Source: an uncultured Syntrophobacteraceae bacterium
Lineage (GTDB): Bacteria; Desulfobacterota; Syntrophobacteria; Syntrophobacterales; Syntrophobacteraceae
Reading direction: 5' to 3'
DNA: 64,000 nucleotides
Assembly: GCA_964603955.1 (NCBI GenBank)
Contig: CAZRWT010000002.1
Coordinates: 18,014 to 82,013, forward strand
The notes under the pieces are model-generated. The model saw nothing but the letters and a program-made list of their open reading frames with translations. It searched no databases and was not told where the DNA came from. Positions 36,801 to 44,932 of this stretch are shown piece after piece (position 1 is the stretch's first letter; each line of letters begins with the position of its first letter). Made by a program: the position numbers and the translations under genes.

Positions 36801-36866
36801 TCGGGTGCCATCGGGCTGCGAGGCTTCGATGACTCCCAGATTTTTGCCATGATCGATAATGTTTGA
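33846..36866 (+). CDS. hdrA: large HdrA-like flavoprotein, selenocysteine form (UGA at 34035..34037)
   Basis: Track ORFs 33846..34037 and 34209..36866 share a frame, and I read no other stop between them. [21 protein letters not shown] aligns to FPTNDCSMCILSPKLVEGG of the paralog at 29803. The rest is collinear with paralog 1 ([37 protein letters not shown]). Confidence 0.85.
34053..34070 (+). other. putative bacterial SECIS-like hairpin for UGA 34035
   Basis: CTGGTCG aggt CGGCCGG: a 7-bp stem including 2 G-U pairs, loop AGGU, starting 15 nt after the UGA. Confidence 0.5.
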
Positions 36867-37031
36867 TCCATTCTTCGAGCCTTTTTTTTCATGGGCGGAT
36901 GAAGTCGGACTTCCTCTGCCCATGGCTCGGTTTGAGAGAGAGTTTGAAACGAGCTGAAGCCCTTTTGGAAAGTTGGAGCACAATCGAGCGCGAGTGTCGC
37001 TTCAGTTTCAGTTTGAAATAGGAGAACTTAC

Positions 37032-37463
37032 ATGTCCGATTGGGAACCGAAAATCGTAGCCTTCCTGTGCAACTGGTGTTCGTATGGGGCGGCGGACCTC
37101 GCAGGCGTCAGCCGCATGCAGTATCCGCCGAACTTTCGTGTCATCAGAGTACCTTGTACAGGTCGAATCAATCCTAAATTCATTCTTTCCGCCCTGCGTC
37201 ACGGCGCGGATGGGGTATGGGTGTCCGGATGCCACCCCGGAGATTGCCATTACATCGAGGGGAACCTCTACGCGCGCCGGAAATTTGCCCTTTTGAAAAA
37301 CATGTTGGAGCATATGGGCATCGAGCCCAAACGTCTCCATTTTTCATGGATTTCTTCCGCGGAATCCACCAAGTTTGCCGATGTGGCTCGCGAAGTGATC
37401 CGTACGGTCAAGGAAGCAGGTCCGGCTCGACATTTCATCAAAAAGCAAGCTGAGGTGGCGTAG
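37032..37463 (+). CDS. mvhD: MvhD/FlxD-like protein (methyl-viologen-reducing hydrogenase delta subunit family), Cys form
   Basis: 143 aa. Motifs KIVAFLCNWCSYGAADLAG, RVPCTGR and VSGCHPGDCHY. Confidence 0.88.
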   Translation: MSDWEPKIVAFLCNWCSYGAADLAGVSRMQYPPNFRVIRVPCTGRINPKFILSALRHGADGVWVSGCHPGDCHYIEGNLYARRKFALLKNMLEHMGIEPKRLHFSWISSAESTKFADVAREVIRTVKEAGPARHFIKKQAEVA

Positions 37464-38414
37464 ATGCAAGCATATACCGAACGGATTCGAGAGGCGGCGA
37501 AACGCTTGTTGAGTGAGGGCAAGGCGGATGTGGTGATCGGATTTCGCAAGGGCACCATTCCCTTCATGAACGAGCCCTACCTTGCCAAAACGGCCGAACA
37601 GGTCGATCAGCTCATGTGGGACGGCAACTGTGGTGTGAACCTCGCCAATTATCTCACCAAGAGGACGGATCGCGTTGCCGTTGTGGCCAAGGGGTGCGAT
37701 TCGAGAAACATCGTGGAGCACATTGTCGAGAACCAGGTCAAACGCGACAACCTCCACATCATCGGAGTCCCCTGCAAGGGGATGATCGACAAGCGTCGCA
37801 TCAACGGCGAACTCAAGGGCAAGGAGCCTTTGACCGTCGAGGAAACGGAAAAGGAAATTCAGATTAAGGGCCGTGACTGGAACTTGACGCTGGATCGTAA
37901 GGAATTCCTCCAGGAAAATTGTGCCATCTGTATCCACCGCAATCCCGTCATTTACGATGAGCTGGTGGGTGACCTGGTGGAGGAGCAGAAAGACGTTGAT
38001 CGTTACGCCGACGTGAGGAAGATCGAGGCCATGGGTGCCGAGGAGAAATGGAAATATTTCGACGATCTCATCTCCGGGTGCATCCGCTGTTATGCCTGCC
38101 GCAACGCCTGTCCGGCATGCTATTGCCCGACCTGCTTCGTGGATGAGTCGCGGCCTCAGTGGGTGGGAAAATCCACTGATCCCACCGACACGCGCACCTT
38201 TCACTTTTTGAGGGCTTACCACCTGGCGGGGCGTTGTACCGATTGCGGCTCCTGTGAGAGGGCCTGTCCCGTGGGCATCAAGGTACGCCAATTCAATAAG
38301 AAGCTCGAGAAGGACGTCAAGGAACTGTTCGATTACGAAGCCGGGATCAACCCGGATGTGCGCCCGGCTCTCGACTTCTATCGACCCGATGATCCCCAGG
38401 GATTCATCAAGTGA
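37464..38414 (+). CDS. 4Fe-4S cluster protein (FlxB/FlxC- or FrhB-related)
   Basis: 316 aa. The start ATG directly follows the mvhD stop. Motifs CIRCYACRNACPACYCPTC and CTDCGSCERACP. Confidence 0.7.
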   Translation: MQAYTERIREAAKRLLSEGKADVVIGFRKGTIPFMNEPYLAKTAEQVDQLMWDGNCGVNLANYLTKRTDRVAVVAKGCDSRNIVEHIVENQVKRDNLHIIGVPCKGMIDKRRINGELKGKEPLTVEETEKEIQIKGRDWNLTLDRKEFLQENCAICIHRNPVIYDELVGDLVEEQKDVDRYADVRKIEAMGAEEKWKYFDDLISGCIRCYACRNACPACYCPTCFVDESRPQWVGKSTDPTDTRTFHFLRAYHLAGRCTDCGSCERACPVGIKVRQFNKKLEKDVKELFDYEAGINPDVRPALDFYRPDDPQGFIK

Positions 38415-38557
38415 TCCCGTCTCCCGGCCGGCGGCGTTTTGCGTCGCGGTACCCATGGAGACGCATGAATGTATGGACCTTGTTGGACCTGGGAGCGGCT
38501 TTTTCATCCAACAGTCGATCACGGGTAGAAGAACTCTGCTGAAAAAGGATTGAATTC

Positions 38558-39604
38558 ATGTCGGAAATTTATATCTCCAAAGAAAAATTTCCAGAAGTCG
38601 TAGGACAGCTCATGAGCCGCGGTCGTGTCTATGGACCCGTGTTTCAAGGGATGTATCATGAGTTTGCCCGGCTGGAGAAACCGGAAGACATAGACCTCGG
38701 CTTTCAGAACACGCGCCTTTCGCCAAAGGAGCTTTTTCATCCTCAATGTGAAAGGATGTTCACCTATTCCCTGGCCAAGGACGATCCCGAGTGTTGCATC
38801 GTCAAGGAAGCTCCCAAGGATTACTCGCCTCGAGTGGTTTTGGGCATCCGTCCCTGTGACGCCAAGGCGTTTCAACTGGACGACTGCAACTTCGACACGG
38901 AAACCATCAAGGACCCCTGGTGGGTGGAAAGAAGAAAAACCACCACCCTGGTGGGGCTTGCCTGCAACACCCCTTGCAACACCTGTTTTTGTACCACGGT
39001 GGGTACCGGCCCCTTCGATACATCGGGACTGGACGCGCTCATGGTGGATGTGGGAGACGGCTATGTGATCCGTGCCGTCACGGACAAGGGCAAAGAATGC
39101 ATCGGGGCCGTGAAGGGCGCTCAAGCGGTGCCGACCCCCGCCGCAGAAAAGGAAGCCCAGCTCAAAAAAGCGGCCGAGGACGGCATGGGCCAGGTATTCG
39201 ATATGAAGCCCATCTACGAGAAAAAGACCCTGGACCTTTTCAACGATCCCCTTTGGGATGAGGTCCAGTTCGCGTGCATCAACTGCGGAACCTGCACTTT
39301 TGTATGCCCCACCTGCTGGTGCTTCGACATTCAGGACGAAGTTCAGGGAGATGCGGGAGACCGCTTGAAAATGTGGGATTCCTGCATGTTTCCCCTGTTC
39401 ACCTTCCATGGGTCGGGTCACAATCCGCGCTCTCAAAAGCTTCAGAGGGTTCGGCAGCGGTTCATGCACAAGCTCAAGTACTATCCCGAAAAGTACGGAA
39501 ACGGACCGACTTGCGTGGGTTGTGGTCGCTGTGTGAAGTCCTGCCCGGTCAACATCGACATTCGACATGTGGCTCGCCTCATGTCCGCAGCCTGCAGTTG
39601 TTAG
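38558..39604 (+). CDS. 4Fe-4S dicluster protein (AsrA / sulfhydrogenase-beta / FlxB/C-like)
   Basis: 348 aa. Motifs CINCGTCTFVCPTCWCFD and CVGCGRCVKSCP. Positioned directly upstream of an AsrB/HydG-like flavoprotein. Confidence 0.7.
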   Translation: MSEIYISKEKFPEVVGQLMSRGRVYGPVFQGMYHEFARLEKPEDIDLGFQNTRLSPKELFHPQCERMFTYSLAKDDPECCIVKEAPKDYSPRVVLGIRPCDAKAFQLDDCNFDTETIKDPWWVERRKTTTLVGLACNTPCNTCFCTTVGTGPFDTSGLDALMVDVGDGYVIRAVTDKGKECIGAVKGAQAVPTPAAEKEAQLKKAAEDGMGQVFDMKPIYEKKTLDLFNDPLWDEVQFACINCGTCTFVCPTCWCFDIQDEVQGDAGDRLKMWDSCMFPLFTFHGSGHNPRSQKLQRVRQRFMHKLKYYPEKYGNGPTCVGCGRCVKSCPVNIDIRHVARLMSAACSC

Positions 39605-39634
39605 ACCTGCGCGCTCATAAATGGAGGAACGAAG

Positions 39635-40477
39635 GTGAGGAATCCTTATCTGCCTTATCCTGTCCGTATCGAGTCCATCGTGACGGAAACGGAAGATCGC
39701 AATCTCAAGACGTTCAAGTTCGTCTTTCTCAACAAGGAAGACGAAGAGAGCTTCAAATACATTCCCGGCCAGTTTGCCGAGCTTTCCGTGCCGGGCCAGG
39801 GCGAAATCCCCATCGGTATCGCCTCGTCCCCCACGGAAAAAGGCTTCATCATGTTCACGGTCAACAAGGTGGGGAAGGTATCGAGCTACATGCACAACAT
39901 GCAGGTCGGCGACATCATGGGTGTGCGCGGCCCCCTGGGCAACTGGTACCCCTGGGAAACGCTCGAGGGCAAGAATATCGTCATCATCGGCGGTGGTTTT
40001 GCCTTCACGACCCTGCGCTCGTCCATCGAGTACATGTTGCAGCCCGAAAACCGCTCCCGTTTCGGGAAGATCGACGTGGTTTACGGCGCCCGGACCCCCG
40101 GCCTTTTGCTCTACAAGGACCAGTTGGCGGCCTGGGAACAGCGGGACGACATCGACATGCACATCACCGTGGATTCCAGCAACGACCCCAACTGGAAGTA
40201 CAACGTGGGTTTCGTGCCGGCGGTGACCAAGGAGAAGGCCCCGAGCGCGGAAAATTCCTACGCCATCATCTGCGGGCCCCCCATCATGATCAAGTTCACC
40301 CTGCCGGTGCTGACCGAACTGGGATTCCCGCCCGAGCGGATCATTTCCAGTCTCGAAATGAGGATGAAATGTGGCATCGGCATTTGCGGTCGCTGTAACC
40401 TGGGGACCGAGTATGTTTGTAAGGACGGTCCCGTTTTCACGTTGGAAAAGCTTTCCCAGTTGCCCAACGAGTATTGA
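39635..40477 (+). CDS. FAD/NAD(P)H-binding oxidoreductase with C-terminal 2Fe-2S (AsrB / HydG / PyrK / FlxA-like)
   Basis: 280 aa, GTG start with GGAGGA RBS. Motifs FKYIPGQFAEL, VIIGGGFAFTTLRS and a C-terminal CGIGICGRCNLG. Confidence 0.8.
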   Translation: MRNPYLPYPVRIESIVTETEDRNLKTFKFVFLNKEDEESFKYIPGQFAELSVPGQGEIPIGIASSPTEKGFIMFTVNKVGKVSSYMHNMQVGDIMGVRGPLGNWYPWETLEGKNIVIIGGGFAFTTLRSSIEYMLQPENRSRFGKIDVVYGARTPGLLLYKDQLAAWEQRDDIDMHITVDSSNDPNWKYNVGFVPAVTKEKAPSAENSYAIICGPPIMIKFTLPVLTELGFPPERIISSLEMRMKCGIGICGRCNLGTEYVCKDGPVFTLEKLSQLPNEY

Positions 40478-40641
40478 TTTCGAGCATTGTTTTTTGCTGT
40501 GAAGCCTCGTGCATTGTCCTCGAGCCGGGGGCGATGCGCGGGGAAGACGTCTCACGGAAAAAGTGCTTCAAATGAAGAGTACCGTGTGTTATAGGCTTTA
40601 AGCGAGCCATCTACTTGAAAAACATTTCAGGGGAGAGAATT

Positions 40642-41862
40642 ATGGAGCCATTGCTGTTGACAAAGCGCGATAAGCGCAAACTGGCGAGCCAATACGCCGA
40701 CCTGTGCCTCACCTGTGGCACTTGTTCCGGTGGCTGTCCGGTCACAGGTGTTGACGGCCTGGATGTGCGGAAAGTCGTGCGCCTGGCCTTGCTCGGGTTG
40801 GATCAGGAAGTGATCGACTCGAAATTTCCTTGGGTTTGTACCCTCTGTGGACGGTGTGAGCACGCATGTCCCATGAACATCGACCTCCTTGCCCTGCTGC
40901 GGTCCGCCCGTAGCAAAAGAGCCAGGGACAAGGTGCCCGGTGTGCTGCACAAGGGTGTCGAGATGTGCTTGAAGACCGGCAACAACGTGGGCATTCCCAA
41001 GGATGACTTTGTCTTCCTGCTGGAAGATCTGGGAGTGGAGTTGGCCGAGGAACTGCCGGGTTTCGAGGTTCCCGTGGACAAAAAGGGAGCCAAGTACCTT
41101 TTCACCATCAATTCCAAGGAACCCTTCGCCGAACCCGAAGACATGATGTACTGGTGGCGTATCCTGTATGCCGCCAATGAATCGTGGACGGTGCCGTCGG
41201 AAAACTGGGAAGGTGTCAACTGGGGTCTGTTCACTGGTGACGACGAGGCCATGAAGGAAATCGTCGGACGCCTGGTGAAGAACTACAAGGAACTCGAGTG
41301 CGAGTACCTTGTCTTACCCGAATGAGGCCACGCTTACTATGCGACCAGGCTTGGTCTGCAAAAATGGTATGCCGACGAAGGCGTCAAGTTCCTCAGTATT
41401 CATGATCTCCTCACTTCGTATGTGAAAGAGGGTCGGATTAAACTGGACAAGACGATTCATCATCATCTGACCACGTATCACGATCCTTGCAACTATGCGC
41501 GTAAGAGCGAGCGCACTTTCGGCCACGGCTACTACGAGGAGCCCCGTTGGGTGACTCAGCAGTGCTGTGAGAATTTCGTGGAAATGTATCCCAACCGCGC
41601 CAACAATTTCTGTTGCGGTGCCGGCGGCGGTGCCTGGGCTTCCCCCTACGTGGAAGAGAGAATCTTCTACGGCAGGACCAAGGCCAAACAAATCAAGGAC
41701 ACCGGGGCCAAGCTGCTCATCGCTCCGTGTCACAACTGTCGTGACCAGATCATGAAGAGCCTCCGCAAGGAGTACGATTTTGAAGATGTAGAAGTCAAAT
41801 ACCTCTGGGAGCTGGTGGCCGACTCTTTGATCATCGAGCCCCGCGAGGAAGCCGAAGAATAA
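40642..41862 (+). CDS. fused HdrC/HdrB-type (HdrD/DsrK/GlpC-like) Fe-S protein with in-frame UGA (probable Sec at 41323..41325)
   Basis: Start at MEPLLL (GGGAGAG RBS). N-terminal ferredoxin motifs CLTCGTCSGGCP and CTLCGRCEHACP. Track ORFs 40615..41325 and 41422..41862 share a frame, and the only stop between them is this TGA. The C-terminal CCG domain reads DPC...CCGAGGG...PCHNC. Confidence 0.72.
41341..41359 (+). other. putative bacterial SECIS-like hairpin for UGA 41323
   Basis: GCGACC aggctt GGTC(t)GC: 6 bp with one bulge, a GG-containing loop, starting 15 nt after the UGA. Confidence 0.4.
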
Positions 41863-41891
41863 AGATTGTTCGGTTGACTCCATGAAACGAA

Positions 41892-41935
41892 AGCCCCAGA
41901 ATCGCGCCGTCGGCGTGTGCATGGGGCTTTTTTTT
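41892..41935 (+). terminator. intrinsic terminator after the hdr/flx-like operon
   Basis: AGCCCCA ...23 nt... TGGGGCT followed by an 8-nt T-run. Confidence 0.6.
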
Positions 41936-41964
41936 GCCCTCTCAACCACAAATCAAGTGTGGGT

Positions 41965-43188
41965 ATGAAAAAGAAACGAGACACCAAAAAAGCAAAAAAG
42001 AGCAGCGTGACTCTCTCCCGGGAAGACCAGCTCGAGTTGCAGATGATCCTGGATCGCCTTTCCGTCCAGAATCCTGATGGAGAGAGCTTCCATAATTACC
42101 TGGAATCGCTTGCGGGAATCCTTGGGAACCGGGAGGAATTCACTCTCGCTTTCCTGGAAGATTTGAGTAGGAAGCCCACGGTGGCGGGATTCAAAGTGTT
42201 CCAAAAGCTGAAGGATATTGTGAGGGGATCGGATAACAAGAGAGCCGTGAGGCAGGCGGCCTACAGGTTCGAGCAAAAAGGTTTTACCGTGGACGAGGGG
42301 AGTGAGGCTCGAGAAAAAGTTGTACTGGTTTCCAAAGAAGAGCGCAAAGCGGCGGCTCACCTCATTTCCATGGGAGGGACTTTCGGTTTTGTGGCAGCCA
42401 TCGTTCCGATCGAGGGTTATCCTGTTCCCATGGCTTTGACCGTTTACGCGCATGTTGCATCGGAAGCCATCAAGGCAAGCGTGACTCAGAGCTCCCACAG
42501 TGTTTATCGGGATTACCTGCGGATGGTTGCCGGAGAAGTTCCTGGATCAAATATCTGTGAGGTGCCCATCAGCCATGCGGCTCGTTTGGTGTTCGAATTG
42601 CCGGATTTGCTCGGGAGGCATGGGTATGTGGTCGAACTGGAAAGGGCTAAGGAACTCCTGAAACCCTACCATGATCCTCAAAAACCTCCACATATTCATG
42701 TTTTGATGGAAAAAATCGAGCATCCGGGCGAGGCGATACGGGCGGTTCGTATCCGGGAACTGATGGAGCACCTGGACCTTTCATGGCTCTTGTTTTCCCA
42801 GGAAGAACTGGCACCGTATCGCGATGATCTGGAAAGTTCGCGCAGCACCGTGCTCGTGCTGTCGACGGATATCATGCAGGATCGCACACAAGCCTTGTTG
42901 AAGCGGGCAGCCGACTCCTTGTGCGTCGGCAATAAAAAGCATTTCTACATCCGCTTTTTCGAAGAACAGGCACTGGTGTTTTATCTTTCCGGCATGATGA
43001 ATGCCGCTAAAGACGCCTGGATCACGGCACAACACCTTGCATCGGATCTGCCGCCCGGTGAAAATCCTGTTGTCGTCCAAGTGATTCTCTCGTCCATACA
43101 TGAACACTGGCCGGAAGCAAGCGAAGTGGCGCAGGAAGAACCGGAGCCTTACGAAACGACCGATTCAGGGTTGCTGATTCTGCGGTGA
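41965..43188 (+). CDS. hypothetical protein (no recognisable domain)
   Basis: 407 aa from MKKKRDTKKAKKSS. Coding-like composition. Located after a terminator and before yjbQ. Confidence 0.55.
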   Translation: MKKKRDTKKAKKSSVTLSREDQLELQMILDRLSVQNPDGESFHNYLESLAGILGNREEFTLAFLEDLSRKPTVAGFKVFQKLKDIVRGSDNKRAVRQAAYRFEQKGFTVDEGSEAREKVVLVSKEERKAAAHLISMGGTFGFVAAIVPIEGYPVPMALTVYAHVASEAIKASVTQSSHSVYRDYLRMVAGEVPGSNICEVPISHAARLVFELPDLLGRHGYVVELERAKELLKPYHDPQKPPHIHVLMEKIEHPGEAIRAVRIRELMEHLDLSWLLFSQEELAPYRDDLESSRSTVLVLSTDIMQDRTQALLKRAADSLCVGNKKHFYIRFFEEQALVFYLSGMMNAAKDAWITAQHLASDLPPGENPVVVQVILSSIHEHWPEASEVAQEEPEPYETTDSGLLILR

Positions 43189-43300
43189 GCGGGGCGACTG
43201 TTCATGGATGGTGCCCAAAGTATGCGTTCCCACGCAGGAATGTGGGAATGAGGGGCAAGTGGTTGTGGTGAAACCTCAAACTTCGAAGGGGAGCTGAGCA

Positions 43301-43699
43301 ATGTTGGAAACCATTCAGGTCAATACTCCGGATCACGGTGTCATGGTGGATATCACCGATCTCGTGTCCCATAGGGTCAAGGAAAGCGGCGTGCAAAGCG
43401 GAATCTGCATGGTTTATGTGCCGCATACCACTGCGGCAGTAACCATAAATGAGGGTATCGATCCAGATGTCATGGACGACATCCTCAAAACCCTGGATAA
43501 GGTGATTCCCTGGCGCGCCGGTTACAAGCACACCGAGGGCAATTCGGCGGCACACATTAAGGCCATGCTGACGGGTGGGAGCTGTCACCTCATCATCGAC
43601 GGAGGACGCCTGATGCTGGGTACCTGGGAGCGTATTTTCCTGTGTGAGTACGATGGGCCGAGAACCAGGAAAATACGGATCAAGATCATGAGAGATTGA
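43301..43699 (+). CDS. yjbQ: YjbQ-family protein (UPF0047, secondary thiamine-phosphate synthase)
   Basis: 132 aa. Motifs GICMVYVPHTTAAVTINE, HTEGNSAAHIKAML and GTWERIFLCEYDGPR. Confidence 0.88.
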   Translation: MLETIQVNTPDHGVMVDITDLVSHRVKESGVQSGICMVYVPHTTAAVTINEGIDPDVMDDILKTLDKVIPWRAGYKHTEGNSAAHIKAMLTGGSCHLIIDGGRLMLGTWERIFLCEYDGPRTRKIRIKIMRD

Positions 43700-43705
43700 G
43701 GGGAT

Positions 43706-44614
43706 TCACTCGAAAATTTCGATCACGTTGGACAGCGTCTCATCGGGCATTTCCTCGAAGGGTTTTTGGCAGAACACCACTCGCATCCTGTACTTGCCCG
43801 GCTGAAGGTGTTCCGGTATTTCCAGGGAAATGTGGCGGGATGCTTTCCGGTCGGCTATGGGGATGCAGTTCTCGGCGCCCTGTTGAATCACCGGAGCCCA
43901 TGCCGCCGTGTGATCCTGCTGAGCATTGCTCACGAATAGCACCGTGGCCGATATGCCGAATCCGAAATCGCTCACCGAAGCGAACCGCAGGCGTACCGGG
44001 TCTCCGGGGCGGTACCGGTCCAGGTCCGAAGAGAGATGGATGCGCCGGTTTTGTTCGCTTTGGTCCGTTCTCGTACCCGATGTGCCCGCTTCCCAGAACC
44101 TGGGTCGCCCTGAATCCAGGTGAATGGCCGGCCCACCGTAGTGCCCCACTCCACAGCAGTCTTCACTCCTGATGAGTTCCCACAGTTCCTTCCCGTTCAC
44201 TCCCTCGATTTTAAAATCCAGGGCCATACCGTCCATGTGCAGGCTTGTCATGGCCACATTGCCGCCCCGTTCTCTCAGGGCTGCGTTGTAGTCGGGATCG
44301 CGGTAGGCCGATACCACATCGATCCTTTTTCCCGGTGCCGCCAGGTCCGTGAAATGGTCCAGTATGAAAAGCATCCTCGGGCAGATGTGTTCCCCCTTCT
44401 CCTCTGTGGGAAATCCGAAGAGTTCATCAATGCGGGCCAGTTCATCATGGTCGAGGGAGCCGTCGGGGTTGAGCAGGGACACACGGATTTCCCGGCCCGA
44501 GTGCATGTTTTTGAGGTGCAGCTTTCCGTCTCCCATGAGGAAAAAACGATTCGGTTGCATGTCCGCATGGGAGATGCCCGCAGCGAAAAAAAGGCACATG
44601 CAGGTGAAAAGCAA
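43706..44614 (-). CDS. DUF882 (YcbK-like, peptidase M15A fold) protein with C-terminal extension; start uncertain
   Basis: Motifs VVSAYRDPDYNAAL, TSLHMDGMALDF and GVGHYGGPAIHLD. A signal-like segment KTFSWPTLLFTCMCLFFAAGISHA has no canonical upstream ATG or GTG; a TTG at 44614 was used provisionally. The ORF stays open into MITE copy D. Confidence 0.65.
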   Translation of the reverse strand: MLFTCMCLFFAAGISHADMQPNRFFLMGDGKLHLKNMHSGREIRVSLLNPDGSLDHDELARIDELFGFPTEEKGEHICPRMLFILDHFTDLAAPGKRIDVVSAYRDPDYNAALRERGGNVAMTSLHMDGMALDFKIEGVNGKELWELIRSEDCCGVGHYGGPAIHLDSGRPRFWEAGTSGTRTDQSEQNRRIHLSSDLDRYRPGDPVRLRFASVSDFGFGISATVLFVSNAQQDHTAAWAPVIQQGAENCIPIADRKASRHISLEIPEHLQPGKYRMRVVFCQKPFEEMPDETLSNVIEIFE

Positions 44615-44643
44615 GGTGGGCCATGAGAACGTCTTTATACGCG

Positions 44644-44890
44644 ATGTGCAACTTTCTTGTTCCCAAGCTCCGGCTTGGGAACACACTTGCCTGGAAGCTC
44701 CAGCTTCCACCTTGTCATCCTGTTCAAAAGCTCCCCGTGAACTGGTCAACGAATCCAGGGGCTGCTTCCCCACGCCACGAAGATTGGAAGCGGGAGCTTC
44801 CAAGGCAAAGGCATCCCCAAGCTGGAGCTTGGGAACGAGAAGTAGAGAGGCCGAAGGGGGTGATAAACGCACTTTCGAAAAGTTGCACAT
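44644..44890 (+). repeat. MITE-like element, copy D (perfect 12-bp TIRs, divergent centre)
   Basis: ATGTGCAACTTTCTTGTTCCCAAGCTCCGGCTTGGGAAC ... CCCCAAGCTGGAGCTTGGGAACGAGA ... AAAGTTGCACAT. The central stem GGAAGCTCCAGCTTCC...GGAAGCGGGAGCTTCC encloses a longer loop than in copies A and E. Confidence 0.85.
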
Positions 44891-44932
44891 AACGTTCCTA
44901 ACGGTTGTCGGCTCCATGGTGATTTTTGTTTT

